From: Octopus bimaculoides
Taxonomy: Eukaryota
Direction: 5' to 3'
NCBI RefSeq assembly: GCF_001194135.2
Contig: NC_068986.1
Span: forward strand, 107,463,195 to 107,501,362
Length of the DNA stretch: 38,168 bases
Part shown: piece after piece, positions 22,408 through 34,665 of the stretch
How the letters are laid out: each line of letters starts with the position of its first letter
How positions within the stretch are numbered: position 1 is the first letter of the stretch
Notes under the pieces: model-generated
The model's input: the letters and a program-made list of their open reading frames with translations, nothing else
What the model was told of the DNA's origin: nothing
The model's database searches: none
Translations under genes and position numbers: made by a program

Positions 22408-22899
22408 CATATATATAACATCTAGTGTCTTAAATCCGGGTTTTGTCCCCGTTAACGAAGGTGGTGGGATCTGCCTCAATGCCATAGCAACCGAGGTAGG
22501 CAGGTGTAGCGCACCCCAGCCTTTGAGCTGGCTGGTGGGCATTCTGCTTTGCTATCATGATGCTTTTTCACAGCTGGATTTTCTACGGGGGGTATGCCTT
22601 TGCTTACCACTAACCTCAGTTTCTACACATGAGTTATCCCGAGACCAAAGCCTCTACCATGTTTTTTAAGAAATGTAGTGGAAAACTAGCTATGGAAGTC
22701 AGGGACGCTACTCCCTGAGTCCCCTTTCGGAGTATTCTACCTATATATGAGTAACAAAAATGTACAGGTGTCAATTCATTACCACCATTTCAAGCGGCTT
22801 TCATTAATTAATGAAAACATTACATCAATTCGAAAGAAATCATTCTCGTCAGATGACCGCATAAACTTAAAAAAACCTTCAAACAAATGTCTTCTCTGC

Positions 22900-23066
22900 T
22901 TCTGTCTCAGTATACATTCGCTAGCTTTTCCCCAGTAGCTTAATAACAGCACTGGCGCCTTGAAGACTGAGTGGTCTCAATGATCATGGTGCGAAACCAC
23001 TATGATATTTTAAGCTCATTGACTGGCGGGAAAACTCAGCTGGGAATATTCCGTGTATTATGTTTT
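22900..23066 (+). repeat. About 167-bp direct repeat, copy 1
   Basis: ttctgtctca.tata.attcgctagcttt..cccagtagctta...aaaactcagctg.gaatattc.gtgtat aligns without long gaps to 23868-24034. Confidence 0.85.
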
Positions 23067-23209
23067 CTTCTAGTGTGCCGTCTGCTCTGCCTTCGTCTAG
23101 CCTTTTCTCCTTGTGTTCTTGTCTGTTCAACCCTTGATGCATCCACGGAGCACAAAGCACACGCTGTTTGTTTATTTATTATAAAAAAATAATCCTTGAA
23201 AATTTATTG

Positions 23210-23575
23210 GGCGTCTCTTAACTCTCTTTACTCTTACTCTATCTCTTTCTCCACTTTTACTCTCTCTCTCTCTCTTTCCGCCCTTGCTTGCCACCCTGGT
23301 ATATTTCTCTTCCTTCTCTGCCTCCTTTTCTTTCAGTTCTCACTCTTTCTGCCCCCTCTTTCGCTCTTACACTATCTCTTCCCACCTCTACTCTTACTCA
23401 AGCTTCTCCCCCCTCTTACCCTCTCTTTCCACCCTTGCTTGTCTCCTTTATACCTTTCTCTTCTCTCTCTTTCACTCCGTTTCTCCACTCCCTCTGCTCA
23501 GTCGTTCTCTCTTTCTTTCTCTCTTTCTGTCTCTCTCTCTCTATCTCTCTGTATCTCACTCTTTCCCTCTCTATA
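23210..23575. repeat. CT-rich polypyrimidine low-complexity tract
   Basis: Direct reading. Confidence 0.9.
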
Positions 23576-23867
23576 ATTCCTCTTCCCTACCACGTAACCG
23601 GTGTCCGCTGAAGTCGGTGTTGTTCTTTTTCGCCCTGCCTTTGACCACACTGGTCATGCTGGTCTGCGCTCCTGCTACGTCCATTATGATTAACTCCATT
23701 TTACATCGCACAGCCTCACTAATCTCGTTCTATACCTGCAATGTTCTTTCTGTTGTATTTGTGGTATTTATAATAATTTTTTTACAACTGTTGTATACAG
23801 CCGTAAGGCTTTGTGCTGTTATATATGTATAATTCTTCGTCTATTGTATTTATATAATGTCGTTTGT

Positions 23868-24034
23868 TTCTGTCTCACTATATATTCGCTAGCTTTTTCC
23901 CAGTAGCTTAAAACCAGCACTGGCGCCTCCAAGATTCAGCGCTTTCAGCGATAATGGCGCGAAACCAATATGATATTTTGACTCATTAACTGACAACGAA
24001 AACTCAGCTGCGAATATTCTGTGTATCGTGTCTT
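23868..24034 (+). repeat. About 167-bp direct repeat, copy 2
   Basis: Diverged copy of 22900-23066, 968 bp downstream. Confidence 0.85.
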
Positions 24035-25014
24035 ATGCACCAACCTAATATATATATATGTATATCTACATATAGACAGACAGACAGACAGACAGATAGG
24101 CGGACAGAGAGATATAGATATAGATGCATATATACACATATATACATAGGTAAATTCTTGTATTTGTTGCTCCATTCTCCACAGACATATATACATATAT
24201 ATAAGGCTTACACAGAATAGGAATGATATTTCTATTCTGTGTAAGTTGAACCTTCTTATATGTAAACCTATGTAGATTTTTTGTACTAAATGTACAAAAT
24301 ATTTTTTTGTATTTTGACTTGTCTAACTTGCTTGTCCTGACATTTACTCCTCTACCTACTCAAGTTTAAATCTCTTGAGCACTACGCAAAATACCTGTCT
24401 CTCATATTTAAACTACATATATATNNNNNNNNNNNNNNNNNNNNNNNNNNNNNNNNNNNNNNNNNNNNNNNNNNNNNNNNNNNNNNNTATATATATACAT
24501 ACATATGTATATATATATGTGTGTGTGTGTGTGTGTTTGTGTGCGTGTATGAAATGTTTACCCTCCCCGAACCCTTATTCTCTTTTACCATCTGGTAATG
24601 CAGCGCAGTAGAGAAACTTCTTTACCAAACAACTATAACTCTTTGCGCATGCGATCAGACATTAAAATATCTGAAATATCGAGAATCAGATCTTGTTAGC
24701 TACATTAAACATTAGAAGGTAATGTTTTAGGATTTTCTTCCATATTGATTTCCTGTCATATGCAATGATCCAGCCAGGTCCACATCTATCTGGTTTTGTG
24801 ATATCTCTCCTCGAGGATGTGAATCAACAAGCTTGTAATATAATACTCGTCGTTTATTCTACATGCACCTCCTTATAATCTGTATGCATATATGCAGACA
24901 CTGAGAGGCATACGCAAGTGCATCAACGAATATATATATATATATACATGTTTGTGCGTATATATTTATGTATGTATGCATGTTTCTGTGTGAATATATA
25001 AAAACATACCTACC

Positions 25015-25047
<33 letters not shown>

Positions 25048-25336
25048 NNNNNNNNNNNNNNNNNNNNNNNNNNNNNNNNNNNNNNNNNNNNNNNNNNNNN
25101 NNNNNNNNNNNNNNNNNNNNNNNNNNNNNNNNNNNNNNNNNNNNNNNNNNNNNNNNNNNNNNNNNNNNNNNNNNNNNNNNNNNNNNNNNNNNNNNNNNNN
25201 NNNNNNNNNNNNNNNNNNNNNNNNNNNNNNNNNNNNNNNNNNNNNNNNNNNNNNNNNNNNNNNNNNNNNNNNNNNNNNNNNNNNNNNNNNNNNNNNNNNN
25301 NNNNNNNNNNNNNNNNNNNNNNNNNNNNNNNNNNNN

Positions 25337-25384
<48 letters not shown>

Positions 25385-26014
25385 CATATCTATAGATACA
25401 CATATATATTTGATTGTATCTACGTGTGTGTGTGCGCGCGCGTTTGTCTGTGCACGCGCGTGTGTGTGTGTGTGTGTGCGTACGTACGTGTGTTTATCTA
25501 TCAACCTATTTACTAATTTACCTGCTCTAAATATCACTTTCGCCTTCGGAAACACGTGTGCGCGCGATATTTTCGATATTGAACACCTTTTCATATAACG
25601 ATCGCCTGGTCTGTTCGACTTTAAGTCGATGGTAAGAGAAAAAGGTTATATATATACACTGTGCTGTATAGGAAGTCGGCGTGTATGCATTTATAGAACA
25701 TTTATGGTGCTACAAACATTTGGTGGTGTTAAAATGAACACGATTAATCGTACTGAAGATTTAAAATAACAGTGCTGAAAAAGCATATAAAGTCGCTGAG
25801 TTTATAGATTTAAATAAGGTGGTATTCGGTTACTGCAAGTGTCAAAGTGAGTTAAGACCCACCAAAGGTTCTGTAAGCATATATAAGTAAGGGCAAGCAG
25901 GGATGCGCATGCACACCTATAAACGCTGAGTAACACGCACAAGGAGCATATACGTAGCAGAAATACTTCGGCACGCGAACACACAAGCCCTTCTTATATA
26001 TGTGCGAGTGTATG

Positions 26015-26074
<60 letters not shown>

Positions 26075-26077
<3 letters not shown>

Positions 26078-26278
26078 AGGGAGAATTCACACAAAAAAAA
26101 CAAACAAACAAAACAAAAGACGAAGACAGGTGGTGTAGAGAACAAACAAATGTATTAGTTTAACGCTCAGGAAGTGAAAAAGTCTTTAACGCTTCGAGCG
26201 TACGCTCTTCCACAGAAAGGAACACAAAGAAACAAGGAGAGAAAAGAAAGAATGTGTAGTGGCTAGCGATCTATCTTG
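26075..26278 (-). mobile_element. Repeat family E copy (longest) containing an HHR-like fold at 26184-26219
   Basis: Minus strand CTTT-CTGTGGA-A-GAGC-GTAC-GCTC-GAAG-CG-TT-AAAG, then a tail ending ...GAATTCTCCCTATA into (TA)n. Confidence 0.8.
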
Positions 26279-26474
26279 ACGAATGCCGGACAGAGGGGTC
26301 ACACAGGAGAGCTAGGAAGAAGGGGAGATAATAAAGTAGTGGTGATCCCCAAACAATGGATGGGTGGGTAGGTAGGTGGGTAGGTAGGTAGGTAGGTAGG
26401 TAGGTAGGTAGGTAGGTGGATGGATGAATGGGTAGGTAGGTAGACAGACAGACAGACAGACAGAAAGACAGATC

Positions 26475-26527
<53 letters not shown>

Positions 26528-27049
26528 TGCGAGAAAGAATAGAATGATCAGAAAATGAATAGATACGCAATATGAACAACAGATAGATAACAATCAGATA
26601 TATATGTATGTATGTATGTATGTACGTATATGCGTTGTTTTCCCCAACTGGACATTACTTTCGCTTCAAATCACCAAACTGGTCGGAGCACTATTTCATG
26701 CTGGCTATCCACGGCAACATGCCTATTGTTCTTGTTTCCTGTCCGTCTTATCTTGTTCGGACAATGACCAGAATCATCCTGGTCACTACGTTTCGTCTGT
26801 ATCCCCCATACAACCAGAACCCAATACATCAATATCTCTACCATCTCCCTAAGTGCTCTGCACCGTTCCAGGCAAAGAACTTTATGAATAATTTGATTAG
26901 GTTACCTTCCGGTATTCGGTTACAATCATTGTTTGTGGTCTCTTTCGTTAAATATATTTCTGTCTCATTAAAAATCTTTCTGTTTATCTATGAATCCGGC
27001 GACATTCAGCCTGCGCTGATAATTTATAGTTAATCACAGTTCGATTTTT

Positions 27050-27088
<39 letters not shown>

Positions 27089-27089
<1 letters not shown>

Positions 27090-27300
27090 GTTCTACTCTA
27101 GGCACAAGGCCTGAAATTTGGGAGGAGGGGGACAGTCGATTAGATCGGCCCAGGTACGCAACTGGTACTTATTTATCGACCCCGAAAGGCTGAAAGGCAA
27201 AGTCGACTTCGGTGGAATTTGAACTCAGAACGTAAAGACAGATGAAATACCACTAATCATTTCGCCCAGCGTGCTAACGATTCTGTCAGCTCACCGCCTT
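27089..27300 (-). mobile_element. tRNA-derived SINE (shared head, variant tail)
   Basis: Reverse complement AAGGCGGTGAGCTGACAGAATCGTTAGC...GAGTTCAAATTCC...; flanked by (AAT)n and AAC/AAT repeats. Confidence 0.9.
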
Positions 27301-27420
27301 AATAACAACAACAAGAACAATGCCTGGTGTACCCTTATCAGACGGGTAGTCATGATGGGTATAATGAGCTTCGTATATTTTACCCCAGTGTCACTTTGAT
27401 GGCATGCACTCAATAATAAT

Positions 27421-27960
27421 AAACATATAATGAAAAGAAATATAACATGTCACTGCAGAATATGTGGAGATGGACAAGAAACAATAAATCATATTGTCTC
27501 TGGCTGCCGAGTCCTGGCTAAGAAGGAATATATTCACAGACACGACAGAGTTGGGATCTATACACACTGGAAGCTATGCCAACGCTATGGAATAACAACA
27601 GAAAAAAAGATGGCATACGCACACACCAGAAAAGGTCACAGAAAGTTAGAAAGCAACCATACTATGGCATATGCCAATACAAACAGATAGTGAAATTTAG
27701 GCCAATAGGCCAGATATAGTTGTCAGAGATCATCAAGGAAGAAAAAAGGCTTTCTAATCGATGTGTCAATACCAAGGGATGACAACGTTTCTCTAAAAGA
27801 AATGTATAAGCTATCAAAATGCAAAGATCTGGAGATAGAGGTAACTCGAATGTGGAGTCTAAATACAGAAACAATTCCTATCATAGTTGGTGCATTAGGT
27901 ATGATAAAAACAATATTCAGACACATACATAACAAAAACACCAGAACTTACAAGTATGTA
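27421..27960 (+). mobile_element. R4/Dong-like RLE non-LTR retrotransposon, 3' coding fragment
   Basis: CRICGDGQETINHIVSGC (CCHC)...RHDRVG..HWKLC...ILW.MPIQTD...ANRPDIVV...LIDVSIP.D.NVSLKE..KLSK.KDLEIEVTRMW.L.TETIPIIVGALGMIK, with frameshifts and stops. Confidence 0.9.
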
Positions 27961-27967
27961 TAGCATA

Positions 27968-28620
27968 CTGAATGCTAAATTCCCAAACAACAGTGATATC
28001 TTTATCTTCTACTATTTTGGCAGGCTTATATTCCCACCAGCACTTTTCATATGGAAGTCCAGAATTACGGCATATGATCCAGCGCAGTTGCAAGTAGGTG
28101 ACTTATATATTGATAGATGAAGCTAACACAGAGTTGCCAGAGATGATTGTTTTCCTGCTTGCACCACAAATGTGGCAAACAGGGTCAGCACTACTTTTTA
28201 AAGAACGCTTGCTGGGTGGTTTCTGGTGGGTAGACGTTGAATCCTGAGCTGCTATAATGAGGCCACATTTCTGACTTCAGTCTAGCTGCAGCCAACCATT
28301 GATGGGTTATATTTTTATTGACATCAGGATCGCTGGCCATTGTAAGGTATTTGCCATACAATGCCTTACTTCTTCATGTAATTCGCATTAAATTTCCATT
28401 TGATTTGGTTCGTGCTTTAATCTGTTTTAATATCACAGTGTATCTTCTATTTCATCGAGCTGCATCTCAGACCCGTTGATCTTTACTTTCTGCACATACC
28501 TCTTTGCTTCTTCTGATACTGTGTATATTTTTTTGAACTCTCATATTTACAGACAAGTTTAAGCATCCAGTCGTTGGTTTTCTTTTGATAGATTTCTACC
28601 CATGTTCTTTTTGTCTTCAC
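27968..28620 (-). mobile_element. Older R4/Dong-like RLE fragment, convergent with the previous copy
   Basis: NDWMLKLVCKYESSKKIYTVSEEAKRY...ALYGKY...DVNKNITHQWLAAARLKSE...PYEKCWWEYKPAKIVEDKDITVVWEFSIQ, heavily decayed. Confidence 0.78.
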
Positions 28621-28664
28621 AGACAGTCGCCTCACCTAAGGGCTGTTTTTATGGAAGACCAGAA

Positions 28665-28849
28665 GTCACCCATGCATACCAGCCTCCCGTCTCCACGCCA
28701 CCGATGTTATCCAAGGGAAAGGCAAATGAGTGAATTCGAGTAACGTGAAATAAAGTGTCTTGCTCAAGAACACAACACGCATCCCGGTCCGGAAATCGAA
28801 CTCACGACATCACGATCGTAAGCTCGACGCTCTAACCACTGAGCCATGC

Positions 28850-28852
<3 letters not shown>
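28665..28852 (-). mobile_element. tRNA-derived SINE (distinct family), internally deleted
   Basis: Reverse complement GGCGCATGGCTCAGTGGTTAGAGCG (A-box)...GAGTTCGATTTCC (B-box)...GTGTTGTGTTCTTGAGCAAGACACTTTATTTC. Confidence 0.85.
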
Positions 28853-28881
<29 letters not shown>

Positions 28882-29368
28882 NNNNNNNNNNNNNNNNNNN
28901 NNNNNNNNNNNNNNNNNNNNNNNNNNNNNNNNNNNNNNNNNNNNNNNNNNNNNNNNNNNNNNNNNNNNNNNNNNNNNNNNNNNNNNNNNNNNNNNNNNNN
29001 NNNNNNNNNNNNNNNNNNNNNNNNNNNNNNNNNNNNNNNNNNNNNNNNNNNNNNNNNNNNNNNNNNNNNNNNNNNNNNNNNNNNNNNNNNNNNNNNNNNN
29101 NNNNNNNNNNNNNNNNNNNNNNNNNNNNNNNNNNNNNNNNNNNNNNNNNNNNNNNNNNNNNNNNNNNNNNNNNNNNNNNNNNNNNNNNNNNNNNNNNNNN
29201 NNNNNNNNNNNNNNNNNNNNNNNNNNNNNNNNNNNNNNNNNNNNNNNNNNNNNNNNNNNNNNNNNNNNNNNNNNNNNNNNNNNNNNNNNNNNNNNNNNNN
29301 NNNNNNNNNNNNNNNNNNNNNNNNNNNNNNNNNNNNNNNNNNNNNNNNNNNNNNNNNNNNNNNNNNNT
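28882..29368. other. Assembly gap (N run)
   Basis: Ns flanked by (TA)n. Confidence 1.
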
Positions 29369-29378
29369 ATATATATAT

Positions 29379-29413
<35 letters not shown>

Positions 29414-29416
29414 TCA

Positions 29417-29605
29417 TTAACAGGTCGGACGAAATGCTTAGTGGCACTTCTTCCAGCTCTTTAAGTTCTGAGTTCCAACCCCGCTGCATTCGACTTTGCC
29501 TTTCGTCCATTTGGAGTCGATGAAATAAAGTAGCAGTGAAATATCAACTCCGATGTAATCGTCTTCACTTCACTCCTCAACATTACTGGCCTTGAACTTT
29601 GCAAC
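29417..29605 (+). mobile_element. Degenerate tRNA-SINE (family B)
   Basis: cggacgaaatgcttag...gttctgagttc...cgactttgcctttc...gtcgatgaaataaagta...gatgtaatcg. Confidence 0.78.
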
Positions 29606-31824
29606 AGATCGATGTCCCGATCGGGGGAAATGTTGTGATCTCGGACACTTATACATAATGGAAACCGATTAACCGAACTTACGTGATCTAGTACTCAAGA
29701 AAAATAAAGAAAACAAAATGATAGACTTATGGTTGTTTCCATAGTCTGTACAGGATCCTCTGTATCGGAGCATATAGATACAGTTTGTACTGATCGTAAA
29801 TTCAATTATCACTGACTAGATATAAAAGGGGGGGTGACAGGAAATTATTTACAAACTGAAGCATTATGTGGACAGAGGATCGTAGGGGATGAGATAAAGT
29901 AGAGAGATGTCGAGGGTTTCGTAAATTACTAGATTCAGAAGACTGGTAGAAATGATTTGAATCTCTCCTGTATTTGTGCGAATTCACAGGTGAATAATTT
30001 CATGTGTATGAACGAGTGCGTGTGTGCGTGAGTGTGTGTGAGAGAGAGAGAGAGAGAGAGAGGGAGAGACTGACAGAGAGAGGCAGATAGAGAGAGAGGG
30101 TGAGACAGAGAGGATTGCAATAATAAGAGTATTTTTATTTTATGCGGATTTGAAGTATTTTCTGGCTTTAAAGGCGAAGCTTTATCAATGACAGATGTGT
30201 CGGCTTTGATCATCTTTGTATGTTAGAATCAATATATTCCAGAGGGGAATAACAATGATCTTATTTTCCACTACAGCCTCTGCTCCATACTCACACACCA
30301 GAGAGAGAGAGAGAGAGAGTGAATGAGAGGGAGAGAGAAAGAGAGAGGGGGGGAGAAAAAGTGAATGAGAGGGAGAGAGAAAGAGAGAGGGGGAGAGAGA
30401 GAAAGAGGGACATGGAAGCTCAAGGGAGTGAAAGAGGTTGATAGAATTTACTTCTTAGCATGAAATTTGTATAGAGCAAAAGAAAAAAAAAGTCGATTTT
30501 AGCTACTACAATAGAATACTGAGAATATGTATAAAATATCAATGTGAATTAGCATAATCCCATCGCAGAGTAGATAAAACATTGAAACAGTGTCTTCCGC
30601 TATGGTGCTTCCTCTCTTTTTGTGACGGCTATTATCAGATATTCAGGCATGGAAGAGATACTTTAGCGTTATTCTTGCATTTGCGGTTCTGCTATATTGC
30701 AGGAAATCATATCGACGAAGCCTCTGACAGAGACCTTATATTCCTAGCTAATTACGTTTAGCCAAAGTATTTTGTTTCATTTAAAACTACGGAACGTTAA
30801 CCCAGTTGTCATTACACAAACAAACAAGCATTATACATTTAAGAGATACTCTTTAAGGTACTTACAAATCTGAGCATTCCAGAACAGGATTTTGTTATAC
30901 GGGAAACTGTAGTCATATTTCGGCAGTGGATTGTGTACAAGTTTTATTCTTCAAAACAGTTCTTTTCTATGAGTTATCAATAAACTTTTACATTTCCTGA
31001 TAATATGTTGTAAATCGATAAATAGCAAATTAGTTTGGGCTGACATTTCGAAAGAAATATTTCGCTACCATTTTGATTCTGAAAGTAGATGGTGAAAACA
31101 CAGAAGAGACTGTGATAAATAGACGACATAGAGATAATATAAACACATACACACACAAAGAAGTTATTTACAGTCTTGATTTACAAATAGTTATTATCTG
31201 AATTAATCCCACCGAAATGAACGTTTCGTACTAGAAACGAAAAGAAAATGCAGTTAACTAATGTAAATATATAGCTTTTGTTGTCGGTAATAATAATGAT
31301 GTTTATGATGATAAAATTGATGTTGATGAGCAAGCAGAAAGGAGGAGAAAAAAGACAAAAAGAGAAAGAAGATAAAGAAGAAATTAAAAGGATTCTCGAA
31401 GTGACTTAAGTAGAGATAAGGTTAATAGAGTAATACAAACATTACTGATGATTGTCATTTGTATTTAAAATATATGACAGAAGATTTGATGCAGTCTCTC
31501 ACCGTTCCTGAACCTATTAGTTATGCTAATATCTAGCTTTATAGAAATAGGGAAAGTGTTAAAGAACTTTGAACTTGTGACCCCTATATTGTTCTTCTTT
31601 CTGCCACTGCCACCATTGTTTTTCTGTTTCCGAGACATTTCTAAGTATTTTGAAACGTGCTAATTTTAAACCTTCGGAGATCAAACATTGTAGATGTGGT
31701 TTGTCCTCGTAACCCCGATGATAAGCTGTTACTTCTCTCTTCCTTGGAACTTATTAGAGTCATGTTCTTGATGCAAATAATAGCGATTTCTAAAAATAGC
31801 GGCGAGGTCACACTTTTTACAGGA

Positions 31825-31970
31825 ACGGAATAGTCAGTTGATTCGATTAGCTGAATGTTACTTATTTTACCGACCCTAGAAAGGTGACAGATAATTTCGA
31901 CTCCAAAGATATTTGGATCCAGAACATAAAGGAACCTAGCTAAATGCAGCAATGTGTTTACCCAGCCGCT
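31825..31970 (-). mobile_element. Very old tRNA-SINE remnant
   Basis: tacttattttaccgacccta.gaaagg...tcgac...atttggatccagaacataaag weakly matches the family A/B body. Confidence 0.5.
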
Positions 31971-33283
31971 CTCCACATTCTGGTCGCCTTCTAGTGGTAC
32001 GCGTATTAAAAGGTGTGCAACGTATGCATGTATGTTTGTATATATTTATGTAAGCATGTATGTATGATTTAATGCACACAGTGGGGAAATACGAGCTATT
32101 AATTAATTTCTTGCTTTGGAGACGCAAGGCGTGTTACAAAAACCTGTTTAGATCCGTTCTCTGGAGCAGGAAACTATTAGTAGCTCGCATCTTTATATTG
32201 TATACATTAAATAATATTTATTTTTCAGTGGATGGAATAATATGTTTTATTCAAGTATGAAGCGGGTATCGATGGATAATTTTTTACTAGGGAACTTGAC
32301 ACAATATTTGTGCAAACGACCATAATTTAAATTTAAATGTTGAAGTGAATCTAACGGTTTTTGTGTGTTTCTTGAATGGCCTATAAACACCTTCCACGCT
32401 GCAATTGTTTTCGTTCCAGCACACGATCTCAGATCATGTCACTTGCTATGCAAGTACATCTCCGTAAATATATATATATATATATTATATATATATATAT
32501 ATATATNNNNNNNNNNNNNNNNNNNNNNNNNNNNNNNNNNNNNNNNNNNNNNNNNNNNNNNNNNNNNNNNNNNNNNNNNNNNNNNNNNNNNNNNNNNNNN
32601 NNNNNNNNNNNNTATATATATAACACAATAACACATATATATAATCTTGGTGACCAATAATTGGTAGGTATATAATAGGATCATTCTCTTGCATATTTTT
32701 CGGCACTTTGTCAATGTCCACATCTTCAGATGTACACAGTCAGAATTGTCAAAATTTAAAAGAAACTTTTAAATGCTTCCTTCGTGAGTATACTTAAGTT
32801 TCAAATAGTTTTTTCACGTCACGGGCATGCATTAAATAACTATTCCTTCAATACTTCTCACTCTCTCGTAGAGAACGATTCCTTCCTGCAATACGAGAAC
32901 ACTTCCTCTTAAAGTGCACCATCCTGTGTTAATGTTTTGTGTTTTTCTTTTTCTTTTTCAAATATGTCGATTCACGAAGTGTCTGAAATTGTTTCTAAGC
33001 ATAAAATATAAATTAACCAACACAAATTCATAATTTTATACATATGAGTCTTTAACACTATACACATACAGTATTCCCTCGCCAAATCGAGGTTCACCTA
33101 TCGCGGTTTATTATTTCAGCTTACGTCGATTCCTCTGTGCTGTTGTTTTGCATTTATAATAAAATAAATATATACAAATTATAAAAGTAATTAAAAAGAT
33201 ATACAGTACTGTTTCTACTTCGCAGATTTTCACCTAACGCGTGGGGTTTGGGCACGTAACACTGCCTATAGTCCAGGTATACA

Positions 33284-33287
<4 letters not shown>

Positions 33288-33368
<81 letters not shown>
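33288..33368. repeat. (TG)n microsatellite
   Basis: Direct reading. Confidence 0.98.
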
Positions 33369-33567
33369 TGACTGTCGGAAGAAAAAGTAGTTGATACCAG
33401 AGGTGAGATAAATAATATTTACAATTTGATCGAACCAGTCTCACAGGCTACTCTGAGTTACGCCAGTGACTAATGAGGGTCTTCTGTCAATTTACCACCC
33501 GCAACTTGCTGGAAGAACCTCTGTACTCACACGTTAAACGCAGGATATCCAGAGACTTACTCGACCA

Positions 33568-33602
<35 letters not shown>

Positions 33603-34172
33603 AGTGTATCTGGAACAACTTGTCTTACATATATCTCTTTAACAGTTTTATCATTGAAAAATAATGCAAATTGTCAAGCATAGTATAACTAAATATATTT
33701 GATACATTCTAGAACTTACCCAGCAGTTATTGCTTTCAGTTTTAGCTTTGCATAGTAACACGAAGAAATATCGATCTAAAATCAATCTGATATTTTGCTT
33801 AGTCAGACGGAAAGAAAAGAGGAAAGTACCCATGACCCTCACTAGCCAAACGAGATGAGAATCTGTCGGATGAATTGTATATTAAAGGCTTTAGATTTTA
33901 TAGAGGCGTTTAGATTTAGTGTCTTAATGTTGGTATGTTATTAACCCATATATGCCCACAAAAAAATGAAGTCTTAAGATTTCACTGTATTTAGATTAAA
34001 CGTTATGGCAGGCTTTCACAATCTGGAAGAGGAGGACAGTATGCAACTATTAGCTACAGGCGTTGACTACCTACAGAATGCTTTCCAGTGAGCTCATGTT
34101 CAAACAGGTAGGAGTAGGTTTTTGCGTTGCGAAAACGCAACCAGGTGTATATATGGGTTAAACTGTTCAAAT

Positions 34173-34385
34173 AAGGCGGGGAGCCGACAGAATTGTTAGC
34201 ATCCTCAACAAAATGCTTTGCGACTTTTCTTGTCGCTGTCCGTTCTGACTTAAAATTCCACTGAAGTCGACGATGCTATTCATCATTTTGGCGACAATAA
34301 AATAAGTACCAGTTGAGCACTGCAATGCTTGTAACCGACTAGTTTCTTCCCCCAATATTTCAAGCCTAGTGCCTATTATAGAAAG
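34173..34385 (+). mobile_element. Degenerate tRNA-SINE (family B)
   Basis: aaggcggggagccgacagaattgttagc...gttctgacttaaaattcc...aaataagtaccagttgagcactg. Confidence 0.8.
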
Positions 34386-34554
34386 CTTTATTAATGGTTC
34401 AAATAAAATATCGCGATCCTCTGCCTTATTGTCTGTAAGAGTCTCTGTCGATCATTTTTGACCATACATATCCATGTGTGAGTCAAGTAATAGGCAAGAT
34501 GTTTTGATGATGATCATCTATTCATGAGAGTTTTTTTTATTATTTCTCTCCACT

Positions 34555-34665
34555 CTACTGGTCTTTTACTTGTTTTCAGTCAATGAACTGCAGTCATAAT
34601 GCGGTACCGCTTTCAAGGGTTTTCGTAAAACATATTGACCCCAATGCATTTTCGGCCCTCGATTC
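34555..34665 (-). mobile_element. Family C SINE tail
   Basis: tcttttacttgttttcagtca...tgcagtcat..tgcggtaccgc is a diverged reverse complement of the tail at 16841-16885. Confidence 0.65.

Noticed and set aside
23284-23832. 182-aa hydrophobic, membrane-like ORF
   Set aside because: Product of a CT-rich tract that lacks stop codons; no recognisable motif.
32730-32783. Possible 54-nt exon (CAG acceptor, GTGAGT donor); similar isolated splice-like signals at 2305, 8368, 25631, 30703 and about 36437
   Set aside because: Such signals are expected by chance in 38 kb and no peptide similarity was recognised.
6822-34385. CRISPR array or prokaryotic operon interpretation of the recurring sequences
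   Set aside because: The repeats are dispersed 200-bp SINEs on both strands, with no regular repeat-spacer period and no cas-like ORFs; the context is eukaryotic.
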